Assembly: GCA_002633005.1 (NCBI GenBank)
Contig: NMRA01000461.1
Span: 1-64,000 of the forward strand
DNA length: 64,000 nucleotides
Source: Phoronis australis
Taxonomy: Eukaryota; Animalia; Phoronida
Direction of reading: 5' to 3'
Of the stretch, positions 50,142 through 61,963 are shown one piece after another. The translations under genes and the position numbers were made by a program. The notes beneath the pieces were generated by a model, which worked only from the letters and a program-made list of their open reading frames with translations, was not told the DNA's origin and did no database searches. Positions within the stretch are counted from its first letter, which is position 1; each line of letters begins with the position of its first letter.

Positions 50142-53100
50142 TTAAAGACGTTGCAGTGCGAACTTAAATTTGAGCAATGGTTACGTTAGTGCTTTACTCT
50201 TGCAGTACTTGGCACACAGCTAGTATTCTTACATTGGTATGTGGAAGATTTATTTCGAAATATGCTTATATTAAACCATAGATAACAGCATGTGCAACTA
50301 AAAAACAGGCTAATATCTCAGAACTGCAGGCATGTTACAGTATGTCAGAATGTATGAAAAAATAAAATGCGTACTAGTCCTTATTTCCCAAACTTCATCA
50401 CCATTGTAACCATCGGCAATCCAATGGCTGGCTATTCACTGTTGATATGGCATGCTAGATTTAAGTAAGATTTCCTAAAATACAAAGCTATAAAATTTTG
50501 GGTACTTTTGAACATTTTTAAACCTTTGAGACTTGGAAAACCAAATGACAAATATTCCATGACCGTAAGTTTTTCAAAAAGTATGTGGTCTGTTTGACCC
50601 AATCGGACAAGTTCTTGACATAAAACGTTTGTGGTAAACCTTCATTTTATTGCAAGTTGCTTGAGATTCAATAACAAATGCAGTCATTTCTTTTTTGGGC
50701 AATTTTATAATGCTTAAAAGCCAAAATAACATACTAAATTGATACAGCGTTCTGCGGGCGAGGCCAACAAAGGCATTGACGTGGTGTTTGTATGTGCGGG
50801 AAACAGTTCTTCTCTGTAGCTGTTCGGGGTTTTCGTGTTCTTAAGCGTCGGTGCTCTTGTGCCAAAGGTTCAGGCAGTGCTGTGAAGTCGTATGTTGCGA
50901 GAGAGGGCCTTCATCCCAGACAGTACAACTCCATGAGTTGAGAACATCTTTTATGATGCAGTGCTTTAGCTTTCGACATAAAATGAACGCACGTCGGTAG
51001 AATTCTGTCAGTTACTGCCAAATTTTGATGAATGATTTACTAAAATTATTTGGCAGCTAAGTAGTCTCAATGTAATGTTATTATGTAAGTGTGCCTAGTC
51101 ATCGATTGTCAGTCCTAGGAGTTGGAAGGCAAGTCTTCGCCATGCTGACAAAGCTGCTGAGACAAAACTTGTCTAGATTTTTTGAAAATATATAAGGAAT
51201 TGAAATGTGTTCTAGTTGAAAAGATATGGATACTTTAGAGCACGTCCACGAATGGACCAGACAAAAAGTGATAAAGACTATGTAACGGATTTCCTCGATT
51301 GTTTGCATGATGGTAGGGGTTGATGCCCTAACCTTCATACAAACATTATTTTTTTGCATGCCCCCCCTTTTGGTTGCTATGGGAACGTGTTTTTTTTCTG
51401 CCAATTCCAAGTCCTGTTACAGATACATGTTGGCACTTTTTGCTAACTTTCCTTGAGAACAAGATTGCAAATTTCAACACTTCAAGTTGATCAATGAATT
51501 AAGGTGTCTTTCATCTTGTAAATCTTAGAAAATATCACAGTTTCAGTTACATCTTAACTGTCTTTGAAGGCTACAAGATTATCTAGTTTGTGGTGATTTC
51601 GGAATGTTGAAAATTGCCCTATTTCCTGCCTCAATATATCAGATGAAGCCAAATTTAAAGCAACAAAACTACAACCAGTGTTTAGATTGATCTTAGGTCT
51701 ACAACATGAAACCATAAAAAGTCTTGCTATTACCCTTCTTCATACCGCATCGGGCTCTAGAATTAGGGTACCTCACCAAAAATGTACAACTGGCCAATGT
51801 CTGTAAAGTAATAAGTGTATGCGAGGATTCAAAATACAGTTTTGAAATCTTAAAATAGGTGATCGAACATATCAAATGCTTTCAGTGCTCCAAGTGTAAG
51901 CAGTACTCTGTGACTGTAAGAAAATAATTTCCATGCTTTACCAACGTCAACCTTCATAATGCATTTTTGTAAATTGTTTGGTACAAAATGACAGCGTATT
52001 ATGCACGTTGAGGTTAAAAGCGGAAACCTTTTCATACTTAGAAAAGATCTGCTCCTCCCTGAGTATTGGTTCAGCTACTATAATTTGCATTTTGAATCCT
52101 CTTACCGCAACAAGACTTGTCATACCGAATTGATTTCAGTTGCGCATTAAGGGGAGTGGGGCGCAAGAGGGTCGTACCCTTCAACCCAAAATTCTTGGCT
52201 AATACTCTGCCGTGCTCCCGCTACTTCAAAATCCTGGATCGGCCCCTGAATTATATTCTTGATAAAATTTAGTGAACTCCTATAATCTGTTGGGGTGTCG
52301 TTGTATTGGCCAGTGGGTAGAAGCCTCAGAAATTGAATTTGTTTTGTAGGTGCGGAAGTCTCTTCAACACCCAGTTCATCAATAGAATTTGCCAAAGCAC
52401 CGAAGTTCTGAGCCTCAGAAGCTAAGTCAAGGCCTTCTTGGAGACTCCGATTGATGAAGCCAGTTGTCGTATACGATAAATTTAAACTCATCCCTTGATA
52501 GGGAAGCAGGGTACAGCAACACCTGTGTCCATAGTCCGAACTGAGCTATGACCAACCGTAGAATCCTATGAAATACAAAAGCGATTAATTGTCTCCTGCA
52601 GTGTATGTCTGCCTTAGACTAGCTGCACAAAGAATTCAGCAGTCATTAGTAGAGCTGGGACTACTGCTACTACCAGTGAGTCAAAGGTTTATACGTGGTC
52701 AGGGATGCCTGCACGTGCTGCTGGTGATGTGACAGTTACCACATGCCGCCGCCAGCAGAATGGAATAAGAAGTTTGAAGACATGTGTTCAATTCATTAAG
52801 TTCTGAACAGGATTCTGGATTGAATCCACCAAAGTACATGTACGTGCATTACTGGCAATTGCTCTGGCCTTTTTGTGCTGGAATAATGCCCCTGATAACA
52901 AAAAAATGCTAATGGTCTGGCGTGGGCAGACTGCTTAGATGGCTCTGTTACACCCGATCACATGGAATCATTCTGATGCTTTATTGCTATATACATGTAC
53001 ACTGTAGTTAACACCGAGCTGAGAAATAGAGACCCGACTAAAGAGCTTAGCACGATCAACCGACATTGAGTTACTAAATGAAAAATTCCCGGAAACAGAT

Positions 53101-54365
53101 GAGCGCAAAAGCGATGGTTATGAGCGAATAGTTTTCCCAAGGGCTGCACTGCCTCCCTTTCCTTAGTAAAAGTCACATGTACTTTTATGATTAGGCGTGG
53201 CCAGGGCTTGTGACCAATAATGTTTTAGGGGCCCTTCTTCAGCAATTGACGACTTGCCTGGCATTAAACGACTCCCTATGGGAAAACGTGTTCTCTGCTG
53301 ATTAATGTATTCCTTACTTACAAGTATATATAACGAGCTTTGCCATCGTCTTGACCATTAAGAAGTGCTTCTAAGAGCATCATTGAATCCATCTGTGAGG
53401 AACACGTCATTCCTCAATTTGCGTAATAAACCCTAAACAGCTTCCAAAATTTATATAATACATACTCGAAAAACTGCAAAGTTGTTACTAGCGCAGTTGT
53501 GGCTAAATAACGGTTTCATTTCCCAAGGAAGTCGTGTTTTTCTTTTTAAATTAATCTCAACCACTTGTGCGCCTAGCTGGTTTCTCTCTCTATTTGTCAT
53601 ATCTGACTAAAAGTTAGCTATGCGCCCTGCTGTGTTATCATTGCTTACTTTTTACATTGATCTCGACAAAGTATTAGATTCACTTGCAAATAATAAGGCG
53701 AAGTTTCCCACAGTCCTGCTAGGGTTTGGCGGTTTGGCCAGTTTGTTTTGGAAAGTACTGCATTACATCACCGCTGAAACAATGACTTGTCACATTTTTG
53801 TTATGTCATCATGAGAAAACAAAGCCTTTAACACTTAGGGTACTAATTTATATTTTAGGTCATCCACATTTGTACAAATTCTTCGTCAGGCTGGCTACCG
53901 AACCAGTATCAGTGACGTATTTCGAACCCTGTGCTGCTCGCACAAATGCGAGGCAGACACAGGTGACGCAACTATGACAGGAACGGTGTATAGCCGGAAA
54001 GAAATCGTGACACGAAATGTTTCAGATTTCTATGGATTGAAGAAAAAAGACAGTTGCAATGAATCTAGAGTTTCCTAAATAGTTCACAAGGCTACTTTAT
54101 GATTTATATTTGTTCACGGAACGCTTACCTGTTCTATACAAAACACTTGGTGATTCAAACAGCATGTTTAAGGCGCCACTAGATCCGTGCATTCTGTCAA
54201 AAATGTTTTAATTTTTTCTTGGTTTAAATCTGACCTTGTCTAGTTCCTTGCTCAGTTGAGAGGTGATTTCTGAGGACTGGCCAAACTCCAGCTCACACCC
54301 ACATACATTTTGGCTGGGGCACAATTTGAAGTCAATAACATGATTTTTGGCTAAAGTATGTTTAG

Positions 54366-54904
54366 AAAACGGACAATATCCGCACAAATAAAAAAGTTCA
54401 TGTTAATTCAAGGTTTCGTCTGTTCATAAGACAACAACAGGATATGTACAGTAGGACAACAAGTGTCGATTACCATTCAAGTCACATCCATTGGTGAATT
54501 GAGAGTGAGAGATACAGGGAAAGTAAGTAGGTTACCACCATAGTTGTAGGGTCACTGAACTCTGCCTGTTATTGAGAGAATCAGTAGCATGCTGGCCAAA
54601 TCAGTGTTATTTGTAAAGAACCTGCTAAGGATTTACTGTACATCAAGGAGTCATTGGCCATACAGAACCAGCATGCTAATGATTCTTTCAATAACATGCA
54701 GAGCTCAGTGACCCTACAACTATGGTGATGACCTTCTTACATGTACTTTCCATGTATCTCTCCCTCTCATTTCACCACATGGATATGACTTGAATGGTAA
54801 TCGACACTTGTTGTCCTAGTGTAAATAGCCTGATATTGTCTTCTGAATAGACGGAATGTTGTATTAACATGAACCTTTTTATTTGTGCGGCGATTGTCAG
54901 TTTT
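54366..54904. mobile_element. Long-TIR hairpin MITE (arms about 230 bp, loop about 70 bp)
   Basis: For example GGACAACAAGTGTCGATTACCATTCAAGTC / GACTTGAATGGTAATCGACACTTGTTGTCC and CCATAGTTGTAGGGTCACTGA / TCAGTGACCCTACAACTATGG. Confidence 0.88.
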
Positions 54905-57900
54905 ATAATTTGAAGTCAGTTTCACAGTGGTCAGTGGCCTGAACCAAAACTTTTTTGACAACGAATTCACGGCTTAGTGCGATTAAAAGTTATCTCTTGG
55001 CGAGGAAAAATCGTGTTAAGTCGATGGTAATGTACACGTGCGAACAGTTAACATTTCTTCGACCAGTATGCATGGCAAATGGTCACACCGACAACTGCCC
55101 TTGAACTTGGGAAAGTGGAAACCTGAAGTGTCTTTGAATCTTTTGAGTCTCTGACAGTAGGTAATAGAGCGAAAAGCGACTCCCTACTGGTACCTTAAAG
55201 GTAGCTGAATGTGTCTTCGGAAACGTGATCCATGTAACCAGAAAATGAGTCTTGGTGGGTGTTTGCCCAGGCACAAATGCATCCTCCAAATGGATTTTAA
55301 TCAAAACTGTGGTGACATATTGTCGAATTCAAAACACATTGCAATCCATAATTAATATATTGTGGAGTGGGACATTATATGTCGGAATAGATTCTTACAA
55401 CTGACTGATATTACACCTGGTAAACGCAAACAAATGCTTAGCACATGTATGATTCATGCTCGCTGACTTCATTTAGGGAACCTTACAAAATTTGAGGCTG
55501 GTTTATAGTTATCATTACGGTTATTTGGGCCTAGTATGTTGTGTACATAACCTTTCGGATTCCACAATTGGCCACATTGACCGCTTTAATGGTGAACACG
55601 ATTTTAATACTTTTTGAAAACCTTTTTGAGAAGTCAAAACATGTAGACCTCGGGCCCGTTCCACCAAAACTGACTTAGCTAAAACAAATCTTAAATTTCA
55701 GTAAATTTTAAAATAAAAGTTAAATTTGTCTCAAAACCAATCCAAGAGAGACAACTCAAGTTTGAGTTAAGTGTTTAGCATAAGTTTTAACTTAATTTTC
55801 AATAACGTACCGAACGTGGATGTTTCAAAGTTTGGAAGTTAAGACAAATCTTAAACTCAACAAATGGACTTAAGAGGCATTATCTGAGAAAACCTGCAGA
55901 GATCGGCGGAGGCATGTTAAAGTTCATGGATTGTGTCAATGGGGTTTTATTAAGGATAACAGACAATAAAATAAAAAGTTATTTTAAAAATCAAAAAAAT
56001 GTTTTTTGTATGGATTACAGCACATTCAATATTCCCATATATTCCAAAAGGGAAATGGGTAGTAAGTGTGGAATTTCAAAAGGCTTTTATTAGAAAGTAG
56101 TTCCTAACTGTTTAAAGTGATATATTTTTTCTACCAAAATAAGGTAAATTAAAAATATTCCATCGTCAAATCCGTGGGAGTTTTTTCACAGTTCCTGTTA
56201 AATGCCGCCAAATACGCAGAATTTTGGGCAATTCTATGAAGCTCTCCAGCATTGGAGCTAAAATTGAACAGTTTACCAAAACCGGAAAAGTCGATAGCGT
56301 CCCTTTGTACAGCGATTTCCTTCGCAATTTGGCTCTTATTTATGTACGGATACATGGTATTTATTTAATAATTAGTAGAACAATGTTTATTTGTTGTTTT
56401 TACTTCGCGTAGAATCGGTTGCTGTTAATACAATAGCACTAAGCAGTGTTTAGTGATCATTAGCAGGCCCCGCCAAACTCGATTTCCTAGTCAATCGACG
56501 AAAGTTGCGATTGTGTTTGAAATTCTTGCTACATGTAGTTTGATAATGTATTAAGCAATTTCTAATATTCACTTCTTCAACTGGCTATCATTTCAAGAGC
56601 TAGGTCGTNNNNNNNNNNNNNNNNNNNNNNNNNNNNNNNNNNNNNNNNNNNNNNNNNNNNNNNNNNNNNNNNNNNNNNNNNNNNNNNNNNNNNNNNNNNN
56701 NNNNNNNNNNNNNNNNNNNNNNNNNNNNNNNNNNNNNNNNNNNNNNNNNNNNNNNNNNNNNNNNNNNNNNNNNNNNNNNNNNNNNNNNNNNNNNNNNNNN
56801 NNNNNNNNNNNNNNNNNNNNNNNNNNNNNNNNNNNNNNNNNNNNNNNNNNNNNNNNNNNNNNNNNNNNNNNNNNNNNNNNNNNNNNNNNNNNNNNNNNNN
56901 NNNNNNNNNNNNNNNNNNNNNNNNNNNNNNNNNNNNNNNNNNNNNNNNNNNNNNNNNNNNNNNNNNNNNNNNNNNNNNNNNNNNNNNNNNNNNNNNNNNN
57001 NNNNNNNNNNNNNNNNNNNNNNNNNNNNNNNNNNNNNNNNNNNNNNNNNNNNNNNNNNNNNNNNNNNNNNNNNNNNNNNNNNNNNNNNNNNNNNNNNNNN
57101 NNNNNNNNNNNNNNNNNNNNNNNNNNNNNNNNNNNNNNNNNNNNNNNNNNNNNNNNNNNNNNNNNNNNNNNNNNNNNNNNNNNNNNNNNNNNNNNNNNNN
57201 NNNNNNNNNNNNNNNNNNNNNNNNNNNNNNNNNNNNNNNNNNNNNNNNNNNNNNNNNNNNNNNNNNNNNNNNNNNNNNNNNNNNNNNNNNNNNNNNNNNN
57301 NNNNNNNNNNNNNNNNNNNNNNNNNNNNNNNNNCCAGGGGGCTGCCCCCCAAAAAAATCCGCCTATGACTTTAATGCCTGAAACATTTGAGTTTTCCATC
57401 TCACATCAGATTATAATTTTCTACCATCCTTTTTTGTTTTCCAGTTTCACTGGGCAGAAAATAATCGTACATACCAATCATTTTGAGTCTCTAAGTTCAG
57501 TAATGGGCAATGGTTTTGTAATAAAATGAATGTTGAAAAGGTCTCTTAATTAATATTGGTATCGAAAAAACATGACTGTGTGTTTATTTTGCAATAACTC
57601 TCACTACATTATTGAAATAGAGTTACAAAGGAAAATTCAATATATTTTAGAATTGTGATGACAGAACAGAAAAAATAAGTTTCCTCACATGTTAAATAGT
57701 CTATGGTGACCTTCGTACCATGAAACATGGTCCAGTTACGCATATCATTGTTTAACTTGTGGATTGTCTGTCTAGTAGTCATTATGTCCTTATTAGAACA
57801 ACATCTAACTCTGAACAGAGCATGCAATTCTATGAAAAGAGGTCATTAAACTACAAGAATCTAAAGACGATGAATGCAAATAATAAATTTGTTCCTATGC

Positions 57901-58811
57901 AAAAGAACTCGAATGTCTATTAGTATATTATGATCTTCAAGTAATGTAAAAACAAACATAACTAGCTTCTAAAACCCATACTTTCAACCATAAATTAGAT
58001 GAAAACAGGAATACTTCAGAGTTGCACTACTAGATAATGTATACATAACATCTTATCTAGAAAGGCAACTCCTAGGTGCAATAACTTCACATAAAGCTGA
58101 CAAAATTTCTATATTTCATGGACACAGAAGTTCCACAACTCTGTCAAATAATTTTGGAGAAAGTTTATCCCAGTTTAGCTGAGTCTGACAGAATTCTCTT
58201 GAAGTCTGCTCAATGTTACATAAAAAACTAAATGTACTGTGTGAAACAAAATTTGGATCAAAATCCAAAAACCAAACTAAAGCAAATCATTTCCAACACA
58301 CAGGAAGTCTAAATCAAAGGCGCACAGAAATCTATGTAAATCAATCAAAACTCCATAAAATAACCTTATTTTGTGTCATCCACCAACAGTAAAGAATAAA
58401 CGAGACTAATATTATGCAACAAGGCTTTTCAAGGCAATGGTTAAGTAGGTAGAAAAAGCACCAATATTGGTTCCACCGACTGGAAGTGTTCAAGAGTGGC
58501 ACATCCTAAATCATGCAAAATCACTTCACTCGTATCACCAGCAGTTTACACCTTTCAGAATTTATAGAAAACCATAAAACTCTCAGAAAGACATCGACTC
58601 TTTCAAGGGTTCAGCAACAGAAGTAAGCCACTGTGATGAGACTAAGCATTGCAACTGGAATATATTTCAATAAGTAGCTTGGAAATACAATGGCATATGT
58701 GACCACCAATTTCCCATTCCTACGAACATCACAATGCCTACCCACGACCCCAACTTCGGTCAGCACCCGCTGCTGAAGGGGTGAACACATATATCCTTTA
58801 AAAAATCTATT

Positions 58812-59374
58812 CTAGACATCAGCATGGCAAGCGCACATCTTTAAGTAACCTTTAACAGTATTCAAAAATTCAGATTTACGCTTACATAGCTTAATGTCTA
58901 TGTTCAGCAGCTTAGAAATTTCTTTCAAATTCCCAACTTTCAGATTGCTCAACTTTTTGTCCCTCAACATCTCACACAAGTTTTCTCCTCCATACATCAT
59001 CGGGTGCATTACCCCTACTTCACGAAATACTGCGTCCCTATTTTCTCCTCCCAGATACGTCGACCATTTGCAACATCATCTTTGTCTTCATCTTCAAAAA
59101 CTGCTTTGCGTTTTATTTGAAGTGCAAGTCGTGAAAAAAGCTAGATATCTGTTTGCCTGTACGCCACTCATTGGAAGGAAACTTCGATCTGATGAACTGA
59201 ACACACTGCCCTGGGTCTGCTTTTTGGCCACTTTTCTCGCCACCGTTAAACATATTTGTAAGGAAATCCATCACACCTTCGGACATTCTTGGGGCTTTGT
59301 GACCGATTTCAATGCAAAACCTTCCTCTAATGCTGAAAATCCAAATACTTCTTCAGCAATTTGCTTGTAATCAT
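58812..59374 (-). pseudogene. C-terminal domain of a Sola3-type transposase, at least 3 frameshifts
   Basis: EEGFALKSVTK / PRMSEGVMDFLTNMFNGGEKSGQKADP...EWRTGKQISSFF / SRL / HPMMYGGENLCEML..KLS..LKEI; tttttcag acceptor at 59376-59375. Confidence 0.65.
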
Positions 59375-60121
59375 CTGAAAAAATTAGGGTAAAACACCTC
59401 AACAGGAGGGAGATTATGGTTCATCCGGTGATATGAATTGACATTTAGAAAACTTTCTTGCACTTGATTTCTCAACTACACACACAGACACTGCAAATGC
59501 TCCATTCGTGATTACCTAAGTTCAGTATCAGGAACCAGGTTTCATATCTGCGCTCTGAAGTCCTGACACTGACTTTAGGTGTGTCCTTGAAAATGAAATT
59601 ACCAATGAGTTACGGATAGACGACCAAGTGTACATCGTGACTTAACGCGACAAACCGGCAATTTCCGTACCGTCCTTGATCTCAAACTGTCAAAGTGCGA
59701 CGTGTGTTTCGGCTTTTTGGGAACATTTTTCCGCTTTGACTGCGAATTTCTAGCGAATTTGCTGTAGAGCAAGACACCGTGAATGTTAAGAAAGAACAAT
59801 TGCTCATGGTTTGTTGAACCCCTGTTTTGTGAAAATTTATTGAGTTATGTGTTTGATATGGGTGGCTGAATCGAAGCACCCGTGGAATTTCTAGTCCCGA
59901 GTGTCATACCTTGTAGTATTATACGTAGTGTACTGGGGACCATCAGAAGCTGAGGTCGCTCGTGGTAATGCACAGGTCCTTTTCTTAAATGTACTACATG
60001 TATAAGAAAAGACATTTGCCTTAAGAAAAAAATAAATGCAAACTAGTGACTACCAAAAATGATGCTTGTTATTCAGCAGTAACTGGTTATCACGTTAATT
60101 TAGAATGCCGAATTCCAACAG

Positions 60122-61963
60122 TGGCAGGATATAATGAATAGTGAAAACGCGCATTTTAAAATGTGTGAATTATTCAGGGTGAAATAGACACATTTCGTTT
60201 CGCGACCAAAACCCGCGCAAACTTCCTAATCATGCGCGGAGAAACAAAAGTCCGCAAACCTCGAATCTGTCCCGGCTCAGTTCCGCCAATGAGAACGTAC
60301 CCGTGCGCCCCCTGTCTTCCACTGGCCTCTACGGAAGCGCGCCCCGTCTTCCACTGGCCAGGCTCTGACCCGACGGCTACCGTGATTCCGCGCTCCGGCG
60401 CCGGAAGTCATACACACATTTCTTTGTACTCGCAAAATTTTTCAACCCAACGTTTCTGAAAAGAAAACAAATGGCCAATAATTGACACATTTCTTGGGAC
60501 TTAGTAAATTTTGCACATACGCAGGGACAGACCGGCCTGCAGCGCTCCGCCCTCCGTTCTGCGGCACTGCAGACACCGCAGGATGCCAGACTTTATCCCT
60601 TGGACCACCGTCTGGGGAGTCTTCACACTGAGATACCCGAGACACAACTAGGGACTGCCAATAGACCCTGCTGTGGGCTTACCTTGGTTACTTTTTCAAA
60701 GCACCTTTGCCAGAAAGGGACACAAAAGGCCAATAATCAACACAATTCGTGGGACTTAGAAAATTTTTCAACGCAACGTTTCTGAAACCGTCACACATTG
60801 CCAATAATCGATACACATTTTCTCAGAACTTAGAAAATTTCGCACATTTACGCAGGGGGACAGACCTGAGCAGCTGCGCTCCAGCCTTGGCGGCGAAGAC
60901 CCCGCAAGCGCCGGCTGGAGACTTTCCACAGATATTGCTGGGACACGACAATGGACTGTATACCGGCCAACAGCTGGAGCCCGATACGTTTCCACAGACG
61001 GCAGTCCACGGGGTCAAGTCCGGCATCCTGCGGGGTCTGCGGTGCCGAGGGCGGAACGCTGCCGGCCGGTCTGTCCCTGCGTATGTGCAAAATTTTCTAA
61101 GTTCCATGAAATGTGTCGTTTATTCGCCATTTGTGTCGCTTTCTCAAAGGTGCTTTGAAAATGTAACAAAAAGCAAACGTATCGGGTCAAGCAGCTGGCC
61201 GGTATATAGTCCAGTGTCGTGTCCTGGCAATATCTGTGAAAGTCCCCAGCCGGCGCTTGCGGGGTCTGCGCTGCCGAGGTTGGAGCGCGGCTGCTCAGGT
61301 CTGACCCTGCGTAAACGTGCAAAATTTTCTATGTTCCGAGAAAATGTGTCGATTATTGACCATTTGTGTCGGTCTCAGAAACGTTGTGTTGAAATAATTA
61401 TAAGTCCCGGCAAATGTGTCGATTATTGGCCATTTGTATCGGTTTCAGAAACGTTGTGTTGAAATAATTATAAGTTCCGAGAAATGTGTCGATTATTGGC
61501 TATTTGTGTCGCTTTCTCAAAGGAGCCTTGAAAATATAACAAAAGTAAGCAAACAGCGGGGTCTATTGGCAGGCCGGGATACAGTCCCTAGCCGTGTCCC
61601 AAGTGTCTGTGAAAACTCCCCAGACGGTGGTCCACGCGGTCAAGTTCGGCAGCTATCGGGGTCTGCGCTGCCGAGGCCGGAGCGCGGCTGCAGGTCTGGC
61701 ACCTGCGTTTATGTGCGGCCTTTTTCTAAGTTCCGAGAAAATGTGTCGATTATTGACCATTTGTGTCTTCAAAACAATGTGTTTAAAATGTAACATAATA
61801 AAGGAAACGTAGCCTGGGGGTCCAGAGTGGCGGGCCGGTGTACAGTCCCTACTCGTCTCCCAGCTATCTATAAAAAGTCTCCAGGCGCGGCGGTCCATGT
61901 GGTCACCATCAAAAACCGACACATTTTAAAATGCACGTTTTCACTCTACCCTATATCTTGCCA
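60122..61963. repeat. GC-rich foldback: modular repeats arranged as a large imperfect inverted repeat
   Basis: Ends TGGCAGGATATA..GTGAAAACGCGCATTTTAAAATGTG and its reverse complement at 61920-61963; internal modules switch orientation near 60990. Confidence 0.8.

Noticed and set aside
56593-57399. Long ORFs of 250-268 aa (also 14492-14746)
   Set aside because: They are artefacts of N gaps.
60749-61793. 237-aa and 125-aa ORFs as genes
   Set aside because: They are translations of the GC-rich foldback modules; similar peptides recur on both strands with no recognisable domain.
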